From a virus: a stretch of 35,259 nucleotides of DNA. The notes under the pieces were generated by a model that had not been told where the DNA came from, did not search any database, and worked only from the letters and a program-made list of their open reading frames with translations. Shown here in pieces: positions 24,289-30,955 of the stretch; position 1 is the stretch's first letter; every line of letters begins with the position of its first letter. The stretch lies in IMG/VR virus record IMGVR_UViG_3300045988_102484, one strand, 5' to 3'. The position numbers were made by a program, and so were the translations under genes.

Positions 24289-24294
24289 TATAAT
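24266..24294 (+). promoter_or_regulatory. Early lytic promoter (perfect TTGACA-N17-TATAAT)
   Basis: TTGACA at 24266..24271, a 17-nt spacer, TATAAT at 24289..24294. Divergent from the repressor gene. Confidence 0.85.
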
Positions 24295-24300
24295 ACTGTT

Positions 24301-24423
24301 GCACCCACCGAGAGGCGCTTGACGTCCAGATCATCCTGCCCGGATGATCCGGCGGGTGCCCATCGCGACCCTCCTGTTCCTCGCCCGCCGAAAGGTGGGC
24401 ATTGGAAAGGGATGGAAAATCGC
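24301..24423 (+). ncRNA. Structured 5' leader: two long imperfect hairpins directly downstream of the early promoter
   Basis: Hairpin 1 (24301..24359): GCACCCACCG pairs with CGGCGGGTGC and encloses an 8-bp GATCATCC/GGATGATC stem-loop. Hairpin 2 (24365..24423): nested GCGA/UCGC, CCCU/AGGG and UUCC/GGAA pairs plus a 7-bp apical stem capped by GAAA. Confidence 0.5.
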
Positions 24424-24593
24424 AACAAGCCACCCAAAAGACGACAGAAAAGACACAACCAAAACACACTTGCATTATAGCAGATTCGTGTCTTGCTGTC
24501 AATAGCCAAAATTCAAAAAAAGGAGTTGAAACTCGGAAAAATTGAACGGAAAGCCCCAAAATTTAAGCAAAAGAAGGAAAGGAGAAGCGAGGA

Positions 24594-24806
24594 ATGAAGT
24601 GCTTTGAAGTAGGAGATCGGGTTGTGTGGAAGGGATTCCACGGAAAGCTCATCGTGGTGACGCAGCGCAACAAATGCGGCATCGAGTTCGACGCCTGCAA
24701 GAAGGAGGTTCCGATGCGCGGCACAATCGCGCTGGCGCTCAGCACCGACGGAGCCGACGGCAAGTGGTGGGCATGGGCTCCCATGACTCAGATTGACCTT
24801 GAGTGA
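24594..24806 (+). CDS. Early hypothetical protein
   Basis: 70 aa with RBS GAAAGGAGAAGCGAGGA-ATG. First ORF of the early operon. Confidence 0.6.
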   Translation: MKCFEVGDRVVWKGFHGKLIVVTQRNKCGIEFDACKKEVPMRGTIALALSTDGADGKWWAWAPMTQIDLE

Positions 24807-24822
24807 TTGAGGAGGACAGGAA

Positions 24823-25065
24823 ATGACAGAGAAAATCATCGTGTGCAAATACGAGAACGGAGCGCTTGCATCGAGCTCCGAGGTCAAGCGGGCATCGACG
24901 GCGTTCTGCAACGTGGAGGCATTTCTCCGCGAGATGCAGAGAGAAATCCTGTCCGGCGTCCGCGGCGGCGAGATGTACGCCGAAGACGGTATCATTTCCA
25001 CAGCATACTCCGAGAACGGTCTGCGGTGGGTGTTCAGAGAGGAGGTGAAAATCAGTGCTGTCTAA
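24823..25065 (+). CDS. Early hypothetical protein
   Basis: 80 aa with RBS GAGGAGGACAGGAA-ATG. Confidence 0.6.
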   Translation: MTEKIIVCKYENGALASSSEVKRASTAFCNVEAFLREMQREILSGVRGGEMYAEDGIISTAYSENGLRWVFREEVKISAV

Positions 25066-25450
25066 ACGGGACTACAAGGCGCGGTTGCTTGCGACCGGGA
25101 CTACAAGTCAGAAGGTCGCCGATCTAATCGGCGCGGCAATCGGGGAGCCGGTGGCACGCTACGAGTTGGCGCGGTGCTTTGACTACAAGTGCGACTCCGG
25201 AAAGGTGAGCAGGATAAGAGCGGAGGCGGACAGGATAACCGCCAAGCTGGTGCGGCGGCGCGAAAACGAGGAGAAAGAGGACGTGATCGACGCGCTCAAG
25301 CGCGAGGGCGTCCTGACGCCTGACAAGGACGTGACGATCTTCCTCGGCGACTACAGCTGGGGCGCGACGGTGTTCGTGTTCATAGGCGGCGAGTTTTACG
25401 GCATCCGAAACCCTGAAACCGGGAAGTGGAGGATGCGGAAGGATGGCTAA
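25055..25450 (+). CDS. Early hypothetical protein, possible N-terminal HTH
   Basis: 131 aa, GTG start 8 nt after GAGGAGGTG. Candidate HTH: ..TSQKVADLIGAAIGEPVARYELAR.. Confidence 0.55.
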   Translation: MLSKRDYKARLLATGTTSQKVADLIGAAIGEPVARYELARCFDYKCDSGKVSRIRAEADRITAKLVRRRENEEKEDVIDALKREGVLTPDKDVTIFLGDYSWGATVFVFIGGEFYGIRNPETGKWRMRKDG

Positions 25451-25679
25451 AAAGGCAGGGACAAACAAGATGCTGGCGACCGTCGGGAGCAACATCGCCT
25501 GCCTGACCAAGGTCAGGGGCAAGACCTGCGAGGAGATGGCGCAGACTCTGTGCATGAGCCGCAACACGTGGCACAACCGCGTGTCCAATCCGGGCAGCAT
25601 CTCGTTGCTTGAGCTCGACGCGATAGCCAAGGCGCTCGGAACCACGCCGCAACGGATTTTGACGGAAACGGCATGGTGA
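25443..25679 (+). CDS. XRE-family HTH protein (Cro-like/early regulator candidate)
   Basis: 78 aa. ..KTCEEMAQTLCMSRNTWHNRVSNPGSISLLELDAIAKALGTTPQRIL.. fits HTH_3. Confidence 0.7.
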   Translation: MAKKAGTNKMLATVGSNIACLTKVRGKTCEEMAQTLCMSRNTWHNRVSNPGSISLLELDAIAKALGTTPQRILTETAW

Positions 25680-25966
25680 GTGCGTCAAGAATTTTCGGCG
25701 CGGACGGCGTCATACACGCCGCGCGACCTGAATCAATCGCCACCGAGGCGGAGGAGGGGCAGACACACAAGCCGTACAGGCGGCACAACTGCGAGGACAT
25801 ATCGGTCTGCCTTAACTGTCAAAAGCCGTACTGCCCCGGGATCTGCATGGATGTCCGGGCGGGCGCTGAAAAAGCAAAGCGAAAAAGGGATTCCAGGAAC
25901 AGGAGGAAAAAGCAAGGAAATGAGGTACCGAGCAAAAAAGAGCCGGCGGAGAGAGATATACCGTGA
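25673..25966 (+). CDS. Small Cys-rich (zinc-finger-like) protein with basic tail
   Basis: 97 aa with the cluster HNCEDISVCLNCQKPYCPGIC. Overlaps the alternative ORF 25920..26099. Confidence 0.45.
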   Translation: MVSASRIFGADGVIHAARPESIATEAEEGQTHKPYRRHNCEDISVCLNCQKPYCPGICMDVRAGAEKAKRKRDSRNRRKKQGNEVPSKKEPAERDIP

Positions 25967-26099
25967 CCGCGAGGAGCGGTATTGCCGCCAGATCGACGAG
26001 GACCGCAACGCCGCCGGCGAGGATATCATCCGGGCGGAGCGGGAGGCTATCATCCGGGACATGATGGATGGCGTTCGCCGTTGGGGAGGGTACTGCTGA
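25920..26099 (+). CDS. Small basic/acidic helical hypothetical protein
   Basis: ATG 25920 follows AGGAGGAAAAAGCAAGGAA and is internal to track ORF 25680..26099. 59 aa. It is unresolved whether this ORF or 25673..25966 is expressed across the overlap. Confidence 0.4.
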   Translation: MRYRAKKSRRREIYRDREERYCRQIDEDRNAAGEDIIRAEREAIIRDMMDGVRRWGGYC

Positions 26100-26115
26100 T
26101 GGAGGATAGGGAAAC

Positions 26116-26844
26116 ATGGAAGGTGAAAAACTGATGTTCCGCGATTTGCAAGCGGACGAAGTGGATGTTCGCGCATCCACCGTGAACGAAAATGGAGTAA
26201 CGCTCCTTCTATACAAGGACGCACGGTGCGACCAAGCAATACTGGACGAGACGGTAGGCGCCCTAAACTGGCAGAGGCACCACACGCGGGATAATGCCAA
26301 CTGCATAGTCTCAATTTGGGACAGCTTCAAGAATCAGTGGGTTGAAAAGGAAGATACCGGAAAGGAGAGCAACACAGAAGCTGAAAAGGGATTAGCTTCG
26401 GACAGCTTCAAAAGAGCTTGTTTCAATTGGGGCATCGGCAGAGAGCTGTACACCGCTCCGTTCATCTGGGTAGCGGCGCAAAACCTAAAACAATTAAAAC
26501 CGGGCAAGAACGGGAAACTACAGTGTTTTGACAAATTCATCGTCAAAAAAATGACAGTTGAAGCCAAGAAGATCACCGCATTGGTGATCGTAAATCAAGA
26601 TACTGGGAAAATCGTCTTTTCTCTCGGCGATCCCGGGCGGAAAGAGCCGCCGCATGCTCCGAAAGCCCCAACACAGCCACAGGATCGCGAGCTCGTGGCT
26701 CAGATCAGGCAGCTCTATCCAGGCGAGCGAATCGCCAAAATGCTTGATTTTCACAACGTCAGCAAGCTGGAGGATATACCTGCGGAAACGCTCGCCAAGT
26801 ACGTGGCGGTCGCTATGAAGAAAGGAGAACAGGATGGAAAGTGA
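26116..26844 (+). CDS. Rad52/Sak-like single-strand annealing protein
   Basis: 242 aa. ..LQADEVDVRASTVNENGVTLLLYKDARCDQAILDETVGALNW.. and ..EKGLASDSFKRACFNWGIGRELY.. match conserved Rad52_Rad22-family blocks as I remember them. Lies upstream of ssb. Confidence 0.75.
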   Translation: MEGEKLMFRDLQADEVDVRASTVNENGVTLLLYKDARCDQAILDETVGALNWQRHHTRDNANCIVSIWDSFKNQWVEKEDTGKESNTEAEKGLASDSFKRACFNWGIGRELYTAPFIWVAAQNLKQLKPGKNGKLQCFDKFIVKKMTVEAKKITALVIVNQDTGKIVFSLGDPGRKEPPHAPKAPTQPQDRELVAQIRQLYPGERIAKMLDFHNVSKLEDIPAETLAKYVAVAMKKGEQDGK

Positions 26845-27181
26845 TTTCAAGGATCTGATCCGGTTTGAACCGGGAACGCATGATCTGACGGCTGAAGCTG
26901 TTGAGCTTATCGCCACAGTATCCGCCCAGAAGCGGGACATCGACCGTGCCGAAAAGCTGATCAAGGCAAAGCTGCTCGGCGTGATGGGTGCAAACGCGGT
27001 CAGCAAGTTTGAATGCGACCGGCTTTCGGTCTCGCTGGTAACGCCCGCAAGCAAGCCGCGCGAAGAGCTCGATGTGGAGGGATTGACGCGGGATTTTCCG
27101 GAAATAATCGCCGCATATACGCGGAAGGTGGAAGGGGATCCCAAGGCTCCCTATATCAAAATAACGGTACGGGAGGTATAA
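26834..27181 (+). CDS. Hypothetical protein of the recombination module
   Basis: 115 aa, overlaps the SSAP gene by 11 nt and lies between the SSAP and SSB genes. Confidence 0.6.
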   Translation: MESDFKDLIRFEPGTHDLTAEAVELIATVSAQKRDIDRAEKLIKAKLLGVMGANAVSKFECDRLSVSLVTPASKPREELDVEGLTRDFPEIIAAYTRKVEGDPKAPYIKITVREV

Positions 27182-27185
27182 ATCG

Positions 27186-27662
27186 GTGGCACTCAACCTT
27201 AACAAAGTCATTATTGCGGGTCGGTTATGCGCCGACCCGGAGGTAAAAACAACGCAGAGCGGATTGTCGGTCGTGACGGTGCGGGTGGCGGTAAATCGAC
27301 GCACAAAAGCCGGGGAGCATCCCGAGGCTGACTTCTTCACGGTGACAGCGTGGAGGCAGACCGCCGAGTTCATCGGGAAGTACTTCCGGAAGGGATCAGC
27401 GATCTGCGTTGCCGGGTCGCTGACAGTCCGAACTTGGGAGGATCGGGATGGAAACCGCCGGCAATCGACGGAGATCGTCGCGGACGAGGCTCTTTTCGCA
27501 GAAAGCAAACAGGACGGAAGCCAAGCCGGAGCGCAGTCTGCGGCATCTTCTCAAGCTCCTGCGGACTCGCAGGGCGTAAATCCACATTACAGCGCAGTTC
27601 CCGGAACGCCGGACGGGATGGCTTTTGAACAAGTCGGCGAAGATGATGACTTGCCGTTTTGA
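27186..27662 (+). CDS. ssb: Single-stranded DNA-binding protein
   Basis: 158 aa, GTG start after GGGAGG. OB-fold N-terminus (LNKVIIAGRLCADPEVKTTQSG..VTVRVAVNRR...FFTVTAWRQTAE), Gly/Gln/Ser-rich linker and an acidic DDDLPF tail. Confidence 0.95.
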   Translation: MALNLNKVIIAGRLCADPEVKTTQSGLSVVTVRVAVNRRTKAGEHPEADFFTVTAWRQTAEFIGKYFRKGSAICVAGSLTVRTWEDRDGNRRQSTEIVADEALFAESKQDGSQAGAQSAASSQAPADSQGVNPHYSAVPGTPDGMAFEQVGEDDDLPF

Positions 27663-27694
27663 ACGGCAAAAAAGAAAGGAACAGGTAAACAAAA

Positions 27695-27970
27695 ATGGAA
27701 GCAGTCAACAACATGATCGGGAAATACGTTATCGCTCGCGGAAATAGATCCGGCATATTTGCTGGAACGTTCTCCTTCGGGGAACCTTGGAGCAAGCGCA
27801 CTTGCCTTTGGCTACGCGGGCTTCCACTTTTGGTTCCAACGAATATTTGCAAAAATCACGAACCATGGGTGAACACGAAAGGGCATCCCGGTCACTCGGG
27901 GCGAGATCCGAAGATCCGCGCTAAAACCTTTCGAGGAATCGCCAAGGCGATGGCTGAGCAATGGGGATAG
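27695..27970 (+). CDS. Chimeric small ORF whose C-terminal ~65 aa look like the C-terminus of a phage DNA (cytosine) methyltransferase (remnant)
   Basis: 91 aa. FGEPWSKRTCLWLRGLPLLVPTN...RAKTFRGIAKAMAEQWG resembles the ...SKxTCLWLKGLPxLxPTN...RSKTFxGIAxAMAxQWG tails I recall from phage MTases. No catalytic motifs are present. Confidence 0.4.
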   Translation: MEAVNNMIGKYVIARGNRSGIFAGTFSFGEPWSKRTCLWLRGLPLLVPTNICKNHEPWVNTKGHPGHSGRDPKIRAKTFRGIAKAMAEQWG

Positions 27971-27976
27971 ATATCA

Positions 27977-29017
27977 ATGAGATGGTCGGAGGAGTCAGAC
28001 GGATGCACCGAGCGAATTTCCGAGATTGTGCAGAAAATCCTTGAAGCCGGGAAGCAAATAGGGAGAGCTGAGCGGGAAGCGGAAATCAAAGCCGAAAGAC
28101 GGCAGAAGGACGCCGAGAGGAAGGCGAGAAGCCGAAAAAACGTGTCACGTGACCTTGGCGAAGATGTCACAGGACATTCCGGAGAATGTCACGTGACATT
28201 TGTGCCGGAAAAGCAATGTTCAAAAATTCAAGAGGTCGGCAACAACGAGGCTTTCCGCGACATGATTGACGCCGCAATTTTGGACGGCGAACAATCAATA
28301 AAGGCATTGATTGACAGTGCTTTTATAGAGGGGAAAGAAGAAGGAACCAAGGAGGCGGAGCAAGAAAGAAAGAGGAAAGAAAGCGCTGATAGAAACAATC
28401 GGCGAATTGCAAAAAAGGGACAATTGTCCGCGGACGTGTCCGCGGACATGTCCCCGGACAATTCGAGCGGTTCCCCCTCCTTTTCGCCCCCCTTTTTCCC
28501 CCCCTCTTTTTCCCCCTTGAACCCCTTTTTAACTCCCCCCTATAATCCCCCCACTTTTCCGCCCCCTCGCGCGGTCAACGCTGACGCGTTGACCTATGCG
28601 CCGGAAGGTCACCGCTGTCGCGGCGACCGCGTGCGGTCAGAACGGGGACGCGGAAGTTTGGCGCAAGACGGCGGAAAGACCGCGGATCTATTCGCCGAGT
28701 TCTGGAACAGGTATCCGCGGAAACAACACAAGCAGGAGGCTTGGCGTGAGTGGTGCAGACTTGCACCGGACGCCGAAACGACCGACCTCATCGCGCGAGC
28801 CGTAGAAACGCGCAAGCAGTCACGGCTCTGGCAGGAGGACGGTGGACGGTACGTCCCAAAGCCCGATAAGTTCCTACGCGGCAGGCAGTGGGAGGATGAG
28901 CTGCTTGAAGTGGACAAGCCGCAAGAATACAGCGGCGACGGTGCCAGCGGTACATTCGACACGAATGACTTCTTTCGAGCGGCGGTCGAAAAAGCCACTG
29001 GCGACACAGAAAAATGA
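27977..29017 (+). CDS. Replisome-organiser/replication-initiation-like protein containing the putative origin
   Basis: 346-aa ORF. The C-terminus (FAEFWNRYPRKQHKQEAWREW...GGRYVPKPDKFLRGRQWEDE) matches a motif common in phage replication-associated proteins. The middle third is low complexity and coincides with the iterons and polypyrimidine tract, so the true protein could instead start near TTG 28658. Confidence 0.5.
   Translation: MRWSEESDGCTERISEIVQKILEAGKQIGRAEREAEIKAERRQKDAERKARSRKNVSRDLGEDVTGHSGECHVTFVPEKQCSKIQEVGNNEAFRDMIDAAILDGEQSIKALIDSAFIEGKEEGTKEAEQERKRKESADRNNRRIAKKGQLSADVSADMSPDNSSGSPSFSPPFFPPSFSPLNPFLTPPYNPPTFPPPRAVNADALTYAPEGHRCRGDRVRSERGRGSLAQDGGKTADLFAEFWNRYPRKQHKQEAWREWCRLAPDAETTDLIARAVETRKQSRLWQEDGGRYVPKPDKFLRGRQWEDELLEVDKPQEYSGDGASGTFDTNDFFRAAVEKATGDTEK
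28143..28198. repeat. Iteron set A: three TGTCAC(G/A)(T/G)GAC(A) palindrome-like sites with 22-bp period
   Basis: Sites at 28143..28153, 28165..28176 and 28187..28198. GTCACGTGAC is a perfect palindrome. Confidence 0.75.
28425..28460. repeat. Iteron set B: three abutting TGTCC(G/C)CGGAC(A) palindromes with 12-bp period
   Basis: Sites at 28425..28435, 28437..28448 and 28449..28460. Shares the TGTC-N4-GACA architecture of set A. Preceded by the palindrome GGACAATTGTCC. Confidence 0.75.
28471..28594 (+). promoter_or_regulatory. Strand-asymmetric polypyrimidine tract (C5-C8 and T4-T5 runs) followed by a 9-bp inverted repeat; putative ori unwinding/structure element
   Basis: 28471..28567 is roughly 90% C/T on the + strand by my count. 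GGTCAACGC-TGAC-GCGTTGACC at 28573..28594. Confidence 0.5.
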
Positions 29018-29200
29018 ATCAGGAGGTTGCTTGAAATATGCAAGCTGTACAACCACGGCGCGTCTCCGTATATGGTCAAGGCTGGCGAGAAGATCAGCCA
29101 GCTTGTGATACTCCCGATCATCACGCCGGATCCGGAAGTGGTTGACAGCCTTGCAGACACCGAACGAGGAACCGGCGGGTTCGGGAGTACCGGGAAATGA
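29018..29200 (+). pseudogene. dUTPase remnant (C-terminal ~55 codons only)
   Basis: The frame after the TGA at 29015 reads ..EICKLYNHGASPYMVKAGEKISQLVILPIITPDPEVVDSLADTERGTGGFGSTGK*. These are dUTPase motifs IV and V (GxKIxQLV, RGxGGFGSTG). Motifs I-III are absent in all frames upstream. Confidence 0.75.
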
Positions 29201-29670
29201 GATGTGATTGTTGCCCATTATGCCCGACAGCCGAAGATGATGTTTGCCCCGAAAGCGAGGGGAAATACGGCATAGAACACTCTGACGGTACGGCGGGTTG
29301 TAAGCACCCCTATAATTGGGCGAAGAAGCGGGACGAAGCATACAGCGATCATTTGGGCGATATGGGAACGGATATGGGAATTGAAATGACCTTTACTGCC
29401 GAAGAGCTCGACCGTGTAATCAAAATCTGCAAGCATATGATAGGTCTTGACAGCGCAAGACCATATCACCGAAACGGCAAAGCCTTTTACAAGCCGTACC
29501 GCAATTATTATGAAGAACCTTTGTCCGGAAATGCTCTTTTAGACAGAATGCCGCAACACGTTATAAACGCTTCAAAAGGTATTTTCTCTACTTGGTATAA
29601 ATTAACAAACAGCGGATTACGGTGGTTAGGCGGACGGCTTAACACAACGATAAAGCAGGAGGAACTATGA
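29197..29670 (+). CDS. Hypothetical protein with Cys-rich N-terminus
   Basis: 157 aa. The ATGA overlap with the stop of the dUTPase remnant is a relic of translational coupling. Confidence 0.6.
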   Translation: MRCDCCPLCPTAEDDVCPESEGKYGIEHSDGTAGCKHPYNWAKKRDEAYSDHLGDMGTDMGIEMTFTAEELDRVIKICKHMIGLDSARPYHRNGKAFYKPYRNYYEEPLSGNALLDRMPQHVINASKGIFSTWYKLTNSGLRWLGGRLNTTIKQEEL

Positions 29671-30005
29671 CAAACGAAGAAGCGAAGGAACTGCTTGCGC
29701 ACAAGCTGCGCCAGATCATTGACAACTGGGACGGGACTGAGGAAACAAAGCTGATCGGCGATGCTTTGGCGGTGGCAGTGTCCGCGATAGACAGAGCCAC
29801 GCCGAAAAAGGTCAAGCCGTATCAGAAAATATGCCCGTGTTGCGGGAAAGGCGAGCCGGTACCCGGTTGGTATGTTTGCGGATCGTGCGGAAGCGACGCG
29901 GTATATTCCGACGAGCTTGCCGAGTTAAAATTCTGCGAAGACTGCGGTCAGGCTCTTGACTGGAGCGGAACAGAAGCGTGCGAAAGCGAGGAGCGCGGAG
30001 TATGA
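29667..30005 (+). CDS. Zinc-ribbon hypothetical protein
   Basis: 112 aa with CPCCGK...CGSCGS...CEDCG motifs. ATGA-coupled. Confidence 0.6.
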   Translation: MTNEEAKELLAHKLRQIIDNWDGTEETKLIGDALAVAVSAIDRATPKKVKPYQKICPCCGKGEPVPGWYVCGSCGSDAVYSDELAELKFCEDCGQALDWSGTEACESEERGV

Positions 30006-30056
30006 TTGCGGCGCTACTCACAGGCAGAGGCAGAAAGATATTGAGGGAGGAAACCA

Positions 30057-30269
30057 ATGACAAATTTTGACAGAGTAAAAGCGATGAATGCCGAGGAAAT
30101 GGCAGAGTTTTTAACAAAGGAATATGACGGAGTCTGCTCTTGTTGCGCAATCGAGGATTGGGAAAAACGAGAAGTAAGATGTTATTCGATCCCCGGAATG
30201 TGTACGCAAGGCGTAAGACGGTGGCTTGAAAGCGAGGTGGCGGAACATGCCGAGGTACATTCACGATAA
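30057..30269 (+). CDS. Hypothetical protein
   Basis: 70 aa with RBS GAGGGAGGAAACCA-ATG. Confidence 0.55.
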   Translation: MTNFDRVKAMNAEEMAEFLTKEYDGVCSCCAIEDWEKREVRCYSIPGMCTQGVRRWLESEVAEHAEVHSR

Positions 30270-30325
30270 CGCCGAACTGACGGAGGGGCTGCTATGATGG
30301 CGAAAGAAACGGAGCGGTTCCGGTC

Positions 30326-30508
30326 ATGATTGCGGCACTATTCGCAAGCATTACAGCGCTTTTCGCCGTGGCATTTGTAGTGGCTTGCTGTCAAATATCC
30401 TGCATAGAATCCAAAAGAGAGGAGGCGCGGCTTGCTGCATATCACGATACCAATACAGCCAGTGACCAAAAAGAACAGCCAGCAGATATGCCGGAACGGC
30501 AGAGGTAG
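30326..30508 (+). CDS. Small single-TM protein
   Basis: 60 aa. Hydrophobic N-terminus IAALFASITALFAVAFVVACC. Overlaps rusA by 77 nt. Confidence 0.4.
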   Translation: MIAALFASITALFAVAFVVACCQISCIESKREEARLAAYHDTNTASDQKEQPADMPERQR

Positions 30509-30806
30509 ACCGCTTATCCGGCAGTCAGACCGATACACGGCATACGAGGAAGCCGCTCTGCTGTACCTGCGCCGGCATAAGTGGGCGGGCGGATTACCAG
30601 TGAACGTCCGCGCTGTGTTCTACGTTCCCGATCGACGCAGGCGGGACTTGGTAAACCTCTTGGAGGCGTTGGATGATTGCCTCGTTCGTGCCGGTGTACT
30701 TCCGGATGACTGCTGGGCAATCATCCGCTCGCACGACGGCTCACACGTGGAAGTTGACAAGCTAAACCCGCGAACGGAAATTGAGATATCGGAGGTGAAT
30801 GCATGA
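30432..30806 (+). CDS. rusA: RusA-family Holliday-junction resolvase
   Basis: 124 aa, TTG start 6 nt after GAGGAGG. ..IPIQPVTKKNS.., ..RRRDLVNLLEALDDCLVRAGVLPDDCWAI.. and ..NPRTEIEI fit the conserved RusA pattern (D-x-D-N-like block, DD block). Confidence 0.75.
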   Translation: MLHITIPIQPVTKKNSQQICRNGRGRPLIRQSDRYTAYEEAALLYLRRHKWAGGLPVNVRAVFYVPDRRRRDLVNLLEALDDCLVRAGVLPDDCWAIIRSHDGSHVEVDKLNPRTEIEISEVNA

Positions 30807-30955
30807 AAAAGCTCATAGCTTCATTGCGCCACGCATGGGCGTGGATCTGGCAGACATGCGGCACGTGCGCATATCGTGACTGCTCGTCGAATTGCGCTGA
30901 GTGCTATATTTGCCGGCACGGAAAGCCAAGGTGGATCTATGCAGGCAAACGCTAA
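30803..30955 (+). CDS. 50-aa Cys-rich mini-protein
   Basis: ATG 30803 overlaps the rusA TGA. Encodes MKKLIASLRHAWAWIWQTCGTCAYRDCSSNCAECYICRHGKPRWIYAGKR. Below the track cut-off. Confidence 0.4.
   Translation: MKKLIASLRHAWAWIWQTCGTCAYRDCSSNCAECYICRHGKPRWIYAGKR

Noticed and set aside
24055-24480. 141-aa + strand ORF spanning the repressor 5' end, the early promoter and the leader
   Set aside because: It runs antisense through the repressor HTH and across a consensus promoter and operator region. It has no RBS and a Pro/Arg-rich composition. Only its last 22 codons (basic mini-ORF 24412..24480) are mentioned, as a speculative element of the leader.
29015-29200. Programmed stop-codon read-through fusing the replisome-organiser protein to the dUTPase C-terminal fragment (same frame)
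   Set aside because: No read-through context or downstream stimulatory structure is evident. A dUTPase stump lacking motifs I-III would be non-functional. The shared frame has a 1-in-3 chance expectation. It is kept only as a note under the pseudogene finding.
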